Below are positions 29,689-39,892 of a stretch of 64,000 bases of DNA, in pieces. The translations under genes and the position numbers were made by a program. The stretch spans positions 262,087-326,086 of the forward strand of contig JAKAWT010000001.1 in the NCBI GenBank assembly GCA_021816845.1, in the 5' to 3' direction. The first letter of the stretch is position 1. The number at the start of each line of letters is the position of its first letter. Origin of the DNA: a bacterium (GTDB lineage: Bacteria; Patescibacteriota; Dojkabacteria; JAKAPS01; JAJZLI01). The notes beneath the pieces were generated by a model. It searched no databases, was not told the DNA's origin, and saw only the letters and a program-made list of their open reading frames with translations.

Positions 29689-30570
29689 CTAGGATTTTTT
29701 CTGACCCATTGTCATGATTTTTGACTGAAAGAAGATAAAGAATGCTTGAACCATCCAGTACAAGGATAGTGCGGATGGTATGTTTCCAAGGATACCTAAG
29801 GATATAATGGCTGTAAAGACAGGCATTATATAAAGCATTTGCTTAGTCATTATATTCCCCATATCAGAAGGATCCATAGATAGAGCAGATTTTTTAGCTT
29901 CCTTTCCCTTAGCATCTTTTGCCTCTTTAATTTCTAAAGATGTAATTTCTTCTTCTATTTTATTTTCAGTAACAGGGAGTGAAACCTTTGTAGATAGATA
30001 TTGAGAATATCCAACTAAAAGTGCAAGAATGATGTATGGAACTATTTGTATATTTGAGATTGAAAAATCTGCGGCAGCTTTTCCAACATTTATTACAAAA
30101 AAACTTAAATTATAGTGATAATTAGAAGGGTAGTGTAAAAACGGAAAATACATTAACTTATTTATATATGAAGCATTATTATGACTCATAATAATGATAG
30201 CTTCATAAACCCCTATTAAGAATGGAAATTGCACTACTACAGAAAGACAGCTTCCAGCAGGGTTAACTCCTTCTTCCTTAAATATCTTCATCTGTTCCTC
30301 TCTAAGCTTCAAAACATCATTTTTATATTTTTTCTGTATTTCTTTAATCCTAGGTTGAATTTTTGCCATATTCTTGGCAGATTGTATTTGTGCTTTTAAA
30401 AGTGGCCATAAAAGTAATCTTAATATTATAGTAAGAAGTATCACTGCAATACCAAAATTACTCCCAGAAATTTTATATAATCCAACCAATATATTTAAAA
30501 TAGGGTGGAAAAAAATAATATTCCAAAAGGAAACAATACTACTCCAAATTGTTACAAAAAATGATCCCAT
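29689..30570 (-). CDS. yidC: Membrane protein insertase YidC (short form)
   Basis: FGIAVILLTI..R..L.PL, QP.IKEIQKKY, GVNP.GSCL, Q.P and LSLYW. Confidence 0.92.
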   Translation of the reverse strand: MGSFFVTIWSSIVSFWNIIFFHPILNILVGLYKISGSNFGIAVILLTIILRLLLWPLLKAQIQSAKNMAKIQPRIKEIQKKYKNDVLKLREEQMKIFKEEGVNPAGSCLSVVVQFPFLIGVYEAIIIMSHNNASYINKLMYFPFLHYPSNYHYNLSFFVINVGKAAADFSISNIQIVPYIILALLVGYSQYLSTKVSLPVTENKIEEEITSLEIKEAKDAKGKEAKKSALSMDPSDMGNIMTKQMLYIMPVFTAIISLGILGNIPSALSLYWMVQAFFIFFQSKIMTMGQKKS

Positions 30571-30950
30571 TATGTTTTATCTATTCGTGTAAATGCATCT
30601 TTTATGCTGTTTTTTATATCCATATATTTTATACCTTCCCACCCAGGTTGTTCCAAGTTAGTTTGCTCCTGATTAGTTATATTATGATTAATAAGAAAAA
30701 TAAGGTCATATCCCATATTTTTAAAATTATCATCTTCTACTAGTTTTTCCATTACAATTGCTCTAAACATTCTCTTTACCCTATTCCTCAGATGAGCTTT
30801 CCCTAATTTTTTTCTTATAACGAAACCGATCCTAGGATATCCTTTTCCATTTTCTTTGTAAAAAAGTAGAAACATAGGACACACAACTTTTTTTTTGTCT
30901 TTATAGATCCCTAAGAATCCTTTTCTAAGTCTATTCTTTGAAGGTAGCAT
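30570..30950 (-). CDS. rnpA: Ribonuclease P protein component
   Basis: MLP..NRL, RIGFVI.KKLGKA..RNR.KR..R. Confidence 0.92.
   Translation of the reverse strand: MLPSKNRLRKGFLGIYKDKKKVVCPMFLLFYKENGKGYPRIGFVIRKKLGKAHLRNRVKRMFRAIVMEKLVEDDNFKNMGYDLIFLINHNITNQEQTNLEQPGWEGIKYMDIKNSIKDAFTRIDKT
30648..30677. repeat. 15-bp tandem duplication in rnpA
   Basis: ttgttccaagttagt / ttgctcctgattagt. Encodes TNQEQ TNLEQ. Confidence 0.7.
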
Positions 30951-30957
30951 ATCTCTC

Positions 30958-31140
30958 TTACCTTATACTATTTCTAGGTTTTTTCCCAATCTTTCTAAAT
31001 ACATCAGAGATTGAAAGTTCTTTTCTCCCTTTTAACTTCCTTCGTTTTATAACATTCCTTCCTCCATGAGTGGACATTCTTGCCATAAATCCAAATTTCC
31101 TTAGAGTTTTAAGTTTTTTTGGCTGGTATGTTCTTTTCAT
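30958..31140 (-). CDS. rpmH: 50S ribosomal protein L34 with C-terminal extension
   Basis: MKRTYQP....RKFGF.ARM.T..GR.V..RR..KGR..L. Confidence 0.95.
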   Translation of the reverse strand: MKRTYQPKKLKTLRKFGFMARMSTHGGRNVIKRRKLKGRKELSISDVFRKIGKKPRNSIR

Positions 31141-31273
31141 AATATTTTATATAACTTGTAAATTATACAGTATTAATAGATTATCAGCAAATTTACCAAT
31201 CTTAAAGCTTTTATATGTAATATTCATTAGTTCATATTTTCACTAAAGTATTATTTTAGTATATAATAAAATT

Positions 31274-31705
31274 ATGATTTATCTATCATCAGACCACGCA
31301 GGGTTTCATTTAAAATTAAAGATTGTATCATTTCTTAATTTAGAGAAAATTCCATACTTTGACCTTGGACCTTTTGAATTTATAAAGCAAGATGATTATC
31401 CATTGTATGCACAATCTCTTGCAGAAAAAATGAAAGATGAGAAAAACAGTATGGGAATACTAGTATGTAGATCTGGAGAGGGGATGGAAATTGCAGCAAA
31501 TAGATTCAAGTGGATAAGAGCAGCTTTATGTAATAATAAAACTTTTGCAAAACTATCCAGAGAAGAAGATGATGCAAATGTTCTTGTATTGTCAGCAATG
31601 ATGTTCGAAGATGGTGAAGAATATAAAGATATTATAAAAACATTCATAAATACAAAATTCAAAAATATTAAAAGGTATAGAAGAAGAGTGGAGGAAATGA
31701 GTTAA
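31274..31705 (+). CDS. rpiB: Ribose-5-phosphate isomerase B
   Basis: SDHAG, DYP, C.SG.GM.IAAN, IRAA, ANVL and RRV. Confidence 0.92.
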   Translation: MIYLSSDHAGFHLKLKIVSFLNLEKIPYFDLGPFEFIKQDDYPLYAQSLAEKMKDEKNSMGILVCRSGEGMEIAANRFKWIRAALCNNKTFAKLSREEDDANVLVLSAMMFEDGEEYKDIIKTFINTKFKNIKRYRRRVEEMS

Positions 31706-31706
31706 T

Positions 31707-32318
31707 ATGGTTATTCCTGCAATATTAACAACAAAAAAATCAGAACTTTTAGAAGAAATATCTATTGTTAGGGATATATCAAAAACTGTTCATATAGATA
31801 TTATGGATGGAACTCTGACAAAGGAAAAAACTTTGTCAATAAAGAAAATTCCTAATATTAAAACTGTTAATATAGAACTTCACTTAATGGTAAATACTCC
31901 ATCTTTATATATGGATGATATAGTTAGATTAAAACCACAAACAATCATTATCCACGTAGAAATACCAGACTTTGAGAATGAAGTTATAAAACTAAAAGGC
32001 GATTGGAAGATCCTAGCAGGCATAGATTTAAAAACTAATGTTTATAATCAACAAAAATATACTTCCATTGTTGATGGCTTCCTAATAATGGCTGTCGAAA
32101 TTGGTCGTTCTGGTCAATTATTTGATAAAGATGCACTAGATAAAGTCACTTTTCTCAGAAAAGAACTAGCAAAAACTATAGCAATAGATGGAGGAGTAAA
32201 TAGTAATAACATAAAAATGATAATGGATAGTGGGGTTTCGTATGCTGTATCACATTCATCAATATATAAAACCAAAGATGTCAAGGATGCTATAGCAACA
32301 CTAAATAGTGTTTTATAG
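31707..32318 (+). CDS. rpe: Ribulose-phosphate 3-epimerase
   Basis: HIDIMDG, ELHLMV, M.V..G.SGQ.F, IDGGVN. Confidence 0.9.
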   Translation: MVIPAILTTKKSELLEEISIVRDISKTVHIDIMDGTLTKEKTLSIKKIPNIKTVNIELHLMVNTPSLYMDDIVRLKPQTIIIHVEIPDFENEVIKLKGDWKILAGIDLKTNVYNQQKYTSIVDGFLIMAVEIGRSGQLFDKDALDKVTFLRKELAKTIAIDGGVNSNNIKMIMDSGVSYAVSHSSIYKTKDVKDAIATLNSVL

Positions 32319-33737
32319 AATCCAATATCTATTATCTTTTTTTATCAGATCTTGAGCTTCTTTTGGACCAGATGAGTTCTGTTTATACATTAAAGGTTTT
32401 TTATCTTTAACTTCTTTTTCAATTTTATCTACAATCCTCCATGAACTTTCAATCTCATCTGTTCTCGTGAAATTCATCTGGTTACCTAAAATACAATCAG
32501 TTAATAATTTCTCATATTCACTTTTCAGTTCTCCGAAATAGTCAGAGTATTTATACTCCATCTGTATATCAGTAATCTGGTAGTCCATACCAGGCACCTT
32601 GCCGGCAAAATTTAATTTTATCCCAAGATCTGGCTGAATTATAAAAGAAAGTATATCTCCATTAAATTGACCCCTAAATAACTCTTTTTTTATATTTTTA
32701 AATACTACAGAGATAATGGTTTTTTTCATATCTAACATTTTTCCAGTTTTTATATATACAGGTATTCCTTTCCAACGCCTACTATTAATATGTAGTTTCA
32801 TTGCAACAAAAGTGTCTCTATTTGATTGGGGGTCAACATTCTGTTCTTCTTTGTAGCCTTCATACTGTCCTTTAATAGTATCTATTATTGAAATTTTAGA
32901 TATTAAAGAATTCTTTTCATATCTAATATGATCTTCATCAAAAACTTTAGGCTTATTCATAGTTAAAATTGCCAGCATTTGTAAAATATGATTTTGGAAA
33001 ACATCTATTATAACCCCTGTTGCATCATAAAAAGCCCCTCTTTGCTCAATACCAATGTCCTCTAAAAGCTGTATTTGAATACTGTCTATGTATTTATTAC
33101 TCCATATATTTTCAAAGATATTATTTGCAAACCTAAAAGAGAATATATTCTGTACAGGCTCTTTACCAAGATAATGATCAATTCTATATATCTGTCTCTC
33201 TTCAAACCCTGCAAGTAAAACTTTATTAAGAGACTCTGCAGATTTTAGATCTGTACCAAAAGGTTTCTCTAATACTATTCTAGAAAATGTGTTGTGCTCT
33301 TCACATTGCTTATTTAAACCTACTGTCTCAAGATTTTTACTGATTATTGCATAGAACGCTGGGGGTACAGCTAAATAGAAAATTTGGGATATGCAATCTG
33401 AATCTGACATTGCTTTAATTTTTTTCATATCTCCAATATTTTGGAAATCAAGATTCAAGTAATGAATTTTTAAGAAAAATTTTGTTAATTCCTCCTCCTT
33501 AATATGATCATGAACTAATGCTGCCTTTATAAAAGGAGTAAGTGTTGCCTCAAAACTTGAATCTGTATAATCCCTCCTTCCTATGGCAAAAATTTCTATA
33601 TCTTTGTCTAATCTCATATTTCTGTAAAGATTAAATAAAGATGGAAAGAGTTTTTTATGTGCAAGATCTCCAGTTGCACCGAAAACAAAAATATGTAAAG
33701 AGTCTTTTTTTGTTTTTATACAGTGATTTTTAACCAT
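32313..33737 (-). CDS. zwf: Glucose-6-phosphate 1-dehydrogenase
   Basis: GATGDLA, EKPFG.DL, RIDHYLGKE, QNH.LQ. Confidence 0.96.
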   Translation of the reverse strand: MVKNHCIKTKKDSLHIFVFGATGDLAHKKLFPSLFNLYRNMRLDKDIEIFAIGRRDYTDSSFEATLTPFIKAALVHDHIKEEELTKFFLKIHYLNLDFQNIGDMKKIKAMSDSDCISQIFYLAVPPAFYAIISKNLETVGLNKQCEEHNTFSRIVLEKPFGTDLKSAESLNKVLLAGFEERQIYRIDHYLGKEPVQNIFSFRFANNIFENIWSNKYIDSIQIQLLEDIGIEQRGAFYDATGVIIDVFQNHILQMLAILTMNKPKVFDEDHIRYEKNSLISKISIIDTIKGQYEGYKEEQNVDPQSNRDTFVAMKLHINSRRWKGIPVYIKTGKMLDMKKTIISVVFKNIKKELFRGQFNGDILSFIIQPDLGIKLNFAGKVPGMDYQITDIQMEYKYSDYFGELKSEYEKLLTDCILGNQMNFTRTDEIESSWRIVDKIEKEVKDKKPLMYKQNSSGPKEAQDLIKKDNRYWIL

Positions 33738-35073
33738 TTTTTAATTTTGCAGATAATACTTGTTTTTCCTTCTCAAATCCTGGTTTTGAAAGTAAGGTAT
33801 ACATATATTCTTTCCCTTTCTCTACACCAGGTTGATTAAAAGTATCTATCTCTAGCATATTCCCAAGGTACGCACAGGCAAGTTCAAAAAAGTAAAAAAG
33901 TCCTCCCATAGTCTTTGGGTCAAGACCTTTTGAAGGCATATTGTCAAGTATAATAGTACCATTTGATCTTTGGTTCTCTCGTAGCGACAATGCAGTTGCT
34001 TCTCTCTCTATAGAAATTAATTCCCTAAAACCCTTTCCATTAAGATATTCAAATTCCTTTATTTCTGTTTTTATTTGTGGATTATTATCAAAAATTTCTC
34101 CAAAAATAAAAGTTACAATCAAATCATTTGGGCCTTCATTGTAAAGTTGTATTTGTGAATGTTGATCTGTTGATCCCAAAGATGCTATTGGTGTAATACC
34201 TGTGTTTACAATATTTCCATTTATATCAATTTTCTTTCCTAAACTCTCTGCCCATAACTGCCTATACCAAAAAGCAAAACTCCTGAGTTTCTCAGCATAT
34301 GGCATAACTACACCTATATTTTTACCATACAATTTATAAGATAAAAAATTAAGTTCTGCGAACATCAAAGCGTCATTAGAAAATGGATTAGGACTTGAAC
34401 AATTATTATCAATCTCTCTTGCACCTTCTAGAAATTCTCTTGAATCTAATCCCATAACCTCAGCTGTTAACATACCTATGACAGATAATACTGAGAATCT
34501 ATCTCCTACAGAACTTTCGCCTTCTATGATACTAATACCTTCTTTCTTACCAACTCTATAAAGAGAACTTTGAGGGGAACTTGTTGTTATATATATATTC
34601 TTACTTATATACGAAGGACCAAGGTTTTGTTTTATAAAATCCATAATGTATAAAAACACGGAAATAATTTCTACAGTTTCCCCTGATTTAGAAATAATAT
34701 TAAAAACAGTCTTATCAAGATCTTTTTTAATTTCATCAAAGAAATCAGAAATCTGATCAGGGTCAGTATTAGCCCCAATAAAAGAAATTTCCGTATTACT
34801 TTTTCGTTTTAGTGCCCCAACTATTGCCCTTGAACCTAAATCTGATCCCCCTATTCCCACCACTACATATCTTTTAAAATTTTTCTTTATGTGATCTCCA
34901 AGAGCTTTAATATCTTTGGTTCTAGAACTATTGTTATCTTCATATATTAAGTCTCTGAAAGTTAAATCCTCTTTATTAAAAGAAGAGGATTTAAAATCGA
35001 AAAGATCTTCTTTCTTTATAGCCTTATCCTGAACCGCAGGATAAAGCATATTGGTATAGTTATATTTAATCAT
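33730..35073 (-). CDS. pgi: Glucose-6-phosphate isomerase
   Basis: GIGGSDLG, SKSG.T.E, VGDRFSVLS, QLWAESLGK, DQHSQ.QL, FNQPGVE.GK. Confidence 0.95.
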   Translation of the reverse strand: MIKYNYTNMLYPAVQDKAIKKEDLFDFKSSSFNKEDLTFRDLIYEDNNSSRTKDIKALGDHIKKNFKRYVVVGIGGSDLGSRAIVGALKRKSNTEISFIGANTDPDQISDFFDEIKKDLDKTVFNIISKSGETVEIISVFLYIMDFIKQNLGPSYISKNIYITTSSPQSSLYRVGKKEGISIIEGESSVGDRFSVLSVIGMLTAEVMGLDSREFLEGAREIDNNCSSPNPFSNDALMFAELNFLSYKLYGKNIGVVMPYAEKLRSFAFWYRQLWAESLGKKIDINGNIVNTGITPIASLGSTDQHSQIQLYNEGPNDLIVTFIFGEIFDNNPQIKTEIKEFEYLNGKGFRELISIEREATALSLRENQRSNGTIILDNMPSKGLDPKTMGGLFYFFELACAYLGNMLEIDTFNQPGVEKGKEYMYTLLSKPGFEKEKQVLSAKLKNG

Positions 35074-35079
35074 GATTTT

Positions 35080-35745
35080 TTATTTTGTTATAAAGACTTC
35101 TCCAGAATTTTTCCAATCATCCAAAAATTGTTTCAACCCTTTGTCTGTCAATGGATGGTTATACATCTCCATTATAAATTGGTATGGAGAAGTTATAACA
35201 TCAACCCCAATAAGGCAAGCCTGCCTTATATGCTCAACAGATCTTACAGATGCAAAAAGTATTTGTGTCTTAAAGTCATAGTTATCATAAATTTGGACCA
35301 TATCCTCTACAACCCCAACTCCATCTTCTGAGATATCATCTAGCCTACCCACAAAAGGGGATACAAAGTATGCTCCAGCCTTGGCAACAAGTAATGCTTG
35401 CATGGAAGAAAAAACTAAAGTTATATTCACTCTTATACCTTCAGATGACAATGTTTTACATGCTTTTAATCCTTCAGGGGTACAAGGGATTTTTACAACG
35501 ACTCTATCATCTAAAGAAGAAAGAAGCCTTGCTTGAGATAAGATTCCTTCATAATTTGTATCAATAACTTCTAAATTTATGATGCTGTCTTCAGGCATAA
35601 TTTCAAATATCTCCTTTACAAGAGTAGGATATTTTTTTCCAGTTTTTGACGCAAGAGTAGGATTTGTTGTAATCCCATCTATAACTTTTAAATCTACAAG
35701 TTTTTTTATCTCTTCTGTATCTGCACTGTCAATAAAAATTTTCAT
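35080..35745 (-). CDS. tal: Transaldolase (small TalC/Fsa family)
   Basis: FIDSA, GITTNP, VKIP, N.TL.FS, SPFVGRLDD (Phe, transaldolase-type), ASVR. Confidence 0.9.
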   Translation of the reverse strand: MKIFIDSADTEEIKKLVDLKVIDGITTNPTLASKTGKKYPTLVKEIFEIMPEDSIINLEVIDTNYEGILSQARLLSSLDDRVVVKIPCTPEGLKACKTLSSEGIRVNITLVFSSMQALLVAKAGAYFVSPFVGRLDDISEDGVGVVEDMVQIYDNYDFKTQILFASVRSVEHIRQACLIGVDVITSPYQFIMEMYNHPLTDKGLKQFLDDWKNSGEVFITK

Positions 35746-35763
35746 AATGTTTTTTTAATAAAA

Positions 35764-36765
35764 TTAGTTCTTATTATTGTCTTCTTCTATCAATCTATGT
35801 CCTCCAAAACCATTCCTCATTAAAGCTAAAACCTTGTTTTGATAAAGACTTTTATCCCTTGATGAAAATCTAGAAAATAGAGCATGAGCCACAGTTTCAA
35901 ATGGAATTTGTTTGTCTACAGCCTCTTTAAGTGTCCAAGCTCCCTCTCCATTATCCTCTACTATACCTTCAATTTCATCTAAATTTGGTGAATATTTGCC
36001 CATCTGTTCTTCGGTAATCTTAGTGAGGTATGACTCCACAATACTCCCATGATTCCATACACTAAGAAGATTTTTAATATCGACATCCTTATATTCTCCA
36101 TTCTTTACAAGATTGAGACCTTCTGCTATTGATTGCATCATCCCATACTCTATGGCGTTGTGAATCATTTTAACATAATGTCCAGAACCTGAAGCCCCAA
36201 CATAGAAATACCCATCTTTTGCAGCAATACTCTCAAAAACCCACTTTTGATTATTAAAAACTTCCTGATCTCCACCTATCATTAAACATGCCCCATTCCT
36301 TGCACCTAACATTCCACCGCTAGTTCCACAATCTAGAAAGTCTATGCCAAGTTCCTTCAATTTTGTATATCTTGAAACTGAATCTACAAAATATGAATTC
36401 CCTCCATCAATTACTAAATCTCCAGACTTTAGATGTTTTACTATTCCCTCAGACTCATCAAATAAAACTTCTTCAACTGGATTCCCTTGAGGAACCATTA
36501 TCCAGAATATCTTCTTCCTATCTTCAAAAAATGACATCAAATCATCTATAGATTTTGCAACTTTTATACCTTCTTTCTCTGCTTGAAGCCTCCCATCTTC
36601 TCCTTTTGTATATCCATATACCAAAATCCCCTTATCCTTTAGATTTAAGGCTAAATTTAATCCCATTTTTCCAAGTCCTATTATTGCTATCTCATGTTTT
36701 TCCATAGGTAATTTATTAGGTATATTCTGGTTAATTCTATTTTTTTTAAATATTTTAAAATTCAC
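35764..36765 (-). CDS. gnd: 6-phosphogluconate dehydrogenase, decarboxylating, short form
   Basis: IGLGKMG, IDGGNS, DCGTSGG..GA, GHYVKMIHNAIEYG, MRNGFGGH. The start may be ATG 36705. Confidence 0.95.
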   Translation of the reverse strand: MNFKIFKKNRINQNIPNKLPMEKHEIAIIGLGKMGLNLALNLKDKGILVYGYTKGEDGRLQAEKEGIKVAKSIDDLMSFFEDRKKIFWIMVPQGNPVEEVLFDESEGIVKHLKSGDLVIDGGNSYFVDSVSRYTKLKELGIDFLDCGTSGGMLGARNGACLMIGGDQEVFNNQKWVFESIAAKDGYFYVGASGSGHYVKMIHNAIEYGMMQSIAEGLNLVKNGEYKDVDIKNLLSVWNHGSIVESYLTKITEEQMGKYSPNLDEIEGIVEDNGEGAWTLKEAVDKQIPFETVAHALFSRFSSRDKSLYQNKVLALMRNGFGGHRLIEEDNNKN

Positions 36766-37416
36766 TTAATTTAAAGATTCAAAGTCCCCTTCTATTAAAA
36801 CAATTCTACATGGAGAACCATCAAGACCTTTCAATCTTAGTGGCATTCCTACAAAAGTATACTCTCCTTTTTCTATGTTTTGCAACACTAATCCTTCCGC
36901 AATAACAATATTATTATCGAATAAAAATTTATGTATTAAATCTTTACTGTGAAATTTTTTTACAGATGGTCCATCTGTTGCAAGTAATTTTATCTTCCTA
37001 CTTACAATATATTCTGCAGCACTAGGATCTAGATATATAAAATCTGGATAGAATTTGCTAAATCCTCTTATAGAATTTTTAGTTTTTAAAACTAATATTT
37101 TATTACTACTAGAATTCTCTACAAGACCAGCCTTCCTAAGATCACTTTCTGTTATTGAAACATCTACATTGGTCAAATCAAGGACTGTACATTTCCCTAT
37201 AAATGTATCTATAGGAATATCAGAAATAGAGAAACCTTTCTCTTCCATATGTAAAGGTGCGTCTATATGCGTTGCAAAATGTGATCCCATGGTAATCTTA
37301 GAAACGTTAGAAGTTCCAGTAGTTAGTGTTGATTCAAAGATTGTGCTAAATTCAGGATTCCCAGGATATATAGGAGTATCTTTGTCTAAAAGTTGAGATA
37401 CATCATAGATTTTCAT
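36766..37416 (-). CDS. Cyclase / kynurenine formamidase-family metal hydrolase
   Basis: DVS..L...P.YPG.P, H..THIDAP.H, D..SV, H..L, E.L, PL...G.DGSP.R. Confidence 0.88.
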   Translation of the reverse strand: MKIYDVSQLLDKDTPIYPGNPEFSTIFESTLTTGTSNVSKITMGSHFATHIDAPLHMEEKGFSISDIPIDTFIGKCTVLDLTNVDVSITESDLRKAGLVENSSSNKILVLKTKNSIRGFSKFYPDFIYLDPSAAEYIVSRKIKLLATDGPSVKKFHSKDLIHKFLFDNNIVIAEGLVLQNIEKGEYTFVGMPLRLKGLDGSPCRIVLIEGDFESLN

Positions 37417-37610
37417 ATAACAACTATACCCTTTGGATTGCTCTATTGCAAATAATTCATAAACCTTAAGTTATTAGTGATTGTTAAACAAAAAATATTC
37501 TAATATACTCAACATATAGCTCTTTATTTTTTGAGATATATAATGTAATTTTAATGTTATAAAATTAACATGTATCATATGATATTTTTTATGAATTAGA
37601 TCTTGATTTA

Positions 37611-37823
37611 ATGAAGAATAAAAATATAATTTCACAACTAGGACTAGAAGATGTTATGCCAGAGAATGAAAAAGATAATTTTGTAAATGATTTATCTTTA
37701 CTATCCTTTGAGGATGACCAATTCTCTGTAATGGTCATACAACAGAAAGATGTAAAAAAAGTAAAATCTCTAACAGAAACTGAAGCAATAAATCTTAATA
37801 TATTTTTAAGAAATGCTTTCTGA
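37611..37823 (+). CDS. Small hypothetical protein
   Basis: 70-aa ORF occupying the gap between two minus-strand operons, with an AT-rich upstream region. No motif. Confidence 0.4.
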   Translation: MKNKNIISQLGLEDVMPENEKDNFVNDLSLLSFEDDQFSVMVIQQKDVKKVKSLTETEAINLNIFLRNAF

Positions 37824-37856
37824 GGGTTATCTAGTAGATATAAATATTATATAGAA

Positions 37857-37886
37857 AGGGGAGAGTCTGATATGTATCTCTCCCCT
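37857..37886 (-). terminator. Intrinsic terminator after dnaK
   Basis: Hairpin aggggagag-N12-ctctcccct, followed on the minus strand by a short T-rich run, 20 nt after the dnaK stop. Confidence 0.65.
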
Positions 37887-37905
37887 ATGTATTTTCCAAT
37901 CCTTA

Positions 37906-39861
37906 TTAAAGGACTTCTCCTTCTTTTGCTGCTGGTTCCTCACCATCCTCTGGTGAAGACTGTTCTTGATTAGAAGATTCTCCTCCTGATTCACCGCCTT
38001 GGGACTGATCTCCTTGAGGCTGATCTCCTTGTGGCTCACCACCTTGAGGCTCAGATTGTTGGTACATAGAACTACCAATTTCTTGCATCAAGGATTCAAG
38101 CTCATTTATAGCAGTTTGAATTTCTTCCTTCAAAACAGGCTCTTTTGAAGAAACTTCTTTTAATTTTGCAATTTTATCTGTTAGTTGAGATTTTTTATCT
38201 TCAGGAATTTTATCTTTATTCTCATCTATAAATTTTTCAGATGAAAAGATTACAGTTTCTGCAGTATTTTTTATCTCAACACTTTCCTTTTTTGCTTTAT
38301 CTTCCTCTTCATGTTCCTTTGCCTCTTTAAGAAGTTTTTCAACTTCCTCGTCAGATAATGCTGTATTGGCTGTTATAGTTATATGTTGACTCTTCCCTGT
38401 GGCTTTATCAGATGCAGATACTTTTAATATCCCATTAGCATCAATATCAAAGGCAACTTCAATTTGAGGAATACCTCTTGGAGCTGGAGCAATACCATCA
38501 AGAATAAATCTCCCTAATGTTTTGTTGTCTGCAGCCATTTCTCTTTCCCCTTGTAAAATATGTATTTCAACTGAAGTTTGGCTATCTGCAGCAGTAGTAA
38601 ATATCTGTTTTTTCTGAATAGGAATTGTAGCATTTCTCTCTATAAGTCTTGTGGACACACCCCCTAACGTTTCAAGCCCTAAAGATAAAGGTGTAACGTC
38701 AAGTAATGTTACATCCCTAACATCACCAGCTAGAACTCCAGCTTGAACTGCTGCTCCAACAGCAACAACTTCATCTGGGTTTACGCTCTTGTTCGGTTCT
38801 TTTTTGAAAAAATCTTTAACCGCATCAACTATTGCTGGCATTCTAGTCATTCCACCTACAAGGATAACTTCATCAATATCTGAAGGACTCTTTTTTGCAT
38901 CAGCCAAAGCTTTTTTCACTGGTTCCATAGTTTCTTTTACTAGATCTCCAACCAAATTTTCAAGTTGAGCCCTAGTCATTGTTATATTTAAATGTTTTGG
39001 ACCAGATGCATCTGCAGTTATAAATGGAATATTTATTTGTGTTTGAGCAGTAGATGAAAGTTCTATTTTTGCTTTTTCAGCTGCTTCCTTAAGTCTCTGT
39101 AATGCAGAAGAATCTTTTCTTAAATCAACACCATTTGTTTTTTTAAAATCCTCAGCTAGATAATCGATAATTTTTCTATCAAAATCATCCCCTCCAAGAT
39201 GAGTATCTCCATTTGTAGATATAACCTCAAAAACACCATCTCCTAATTCTAGTATTGAAATATCAAATGTTCCTCCTCCAAGATCATATACAGCAATTGT
39301 CTGTTCTCCTTTTTTATCAAAACCATATGCTAATGCTGCTGCAGTAGGTTCATTTACTATTCTCTTTACATCCAAACCTGCTATTTTACCAGCATTTTTA
39401 GTTGCTTGTCTTTGTGAATCATCAAAATATGCAGGAACAGTAATTACAGCCTCTGTTATCTTTTCACCTAAAAAACTTTCTGCATCCTGTTTTAATTTGG
39501 ATAAAACCATAGCAGAAATTGCCTCAGGAGCTAACCACTCATCTCCAAATTTGATTTCTACTCCTCCACCTGTAGATTTTCTTATTTCAAATGGAAGTAA
39601 TTTTATATCTCTTTGAACTTCTGGATCATCAAAGGTTCTTCCTATAAGCCTTTTTATAGAATAAAAAGTATTTTTAGGATTTAAAACCATTTGATTCTTA
39701 GCTGTAACACCAACAGCTCTAGATTTATCATTTAATATAGCTATGACAGAAGGAGTTGTGCGAGCACCCTCACTATTCTCTATAATAGTTGGAGTACCCC
39801 CCTCCATAACAGCCATAGCTGAATTTGTTGTTCCTAAATCGATTCCTAATATTTTTGACAT
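37906..39861 (-). CDS. dnaK: Chaperone DnaK
   Basis: [43 protein letters not shown]. Confidence 0.98.
   Translation of the reverse strand: MSKILGIDLGTTNSAMAVMEGGTPTIIENSEGARTTPSVIAILNDKSRAVGVTAKNQMVLNPKNTFYSIKRLIGRTFDDPEVQRDIKLLPFEIRKSTGGGVEIKFGDEWLAPEAISAMVLSKLKQDAESFLGEKITEAVITVPAYFDDSQRQATKNAGKIAGLDVKRIVNEPTAAALAYGFDKKGEQTIAVYDLGGGTFDISILELGDGVFEVISTNGDTHLGGDDFDRKIIDYLAEDFKKTNGVDLRKDSSALQRLKEAAEKAKIELSSTAQTQINIPFITADASGPKHLNITMTRAQLENLVGDLVKETMEPVKKALADAKKSPSDIDEVILVGGMTRMPAIVDAVKDFFKKEPNKSVNPDEVVAVGAAVQAGVLAGDVRDVTLLDVTPLSLGLETLGGVSTRLIERNATIPIQKKQIFTTAADSQTSVEIHILQGEREMAADNKTLGRFILDGIAPAPRGIPQIEVAFDIDANGILKVSASDKATGKSQHITITANTALSDEEVEKLLKEAKEHEEEDKAKKESVEIKNTAETVIFSSEKFIDENKDKIPEDKKSQLTDKIAKLKEVSSKEPVLKEEIQTAINELESLMQEIGSSMYQQSEPQGGEPQGDQPQGDQSQGGESGGESSNQEQSSPEDGEEPAAKEGEVL
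37987..38046. repeat. 15-bp tandem repeat, 4 units, in the dnaK tail
   Basis: tgattcaccgccttg / ggactgatctccttg / aggctgatctccttg / tggctcaccaccttg. Encodes [20 protein letters not shown]. Confidence 0.85.
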
Positions 39862-39892
39862 AATAATATATTAACTAAATTAAATTTTTAAA

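Noticed and set aside
37025-37036. ggatctagatat as a repeat-family unit in the cyclase gene
   Set aside because: Solo 10/12 match encoding an ordinary YLDP segment, with no sign of an insertion. It may be chance.
37827-38078. 83-aa ORF overlapping the dnaK 3' end
   Set aside because: It is an alternative frame of the dnaK 15-bp repeat and runs through the terminator.
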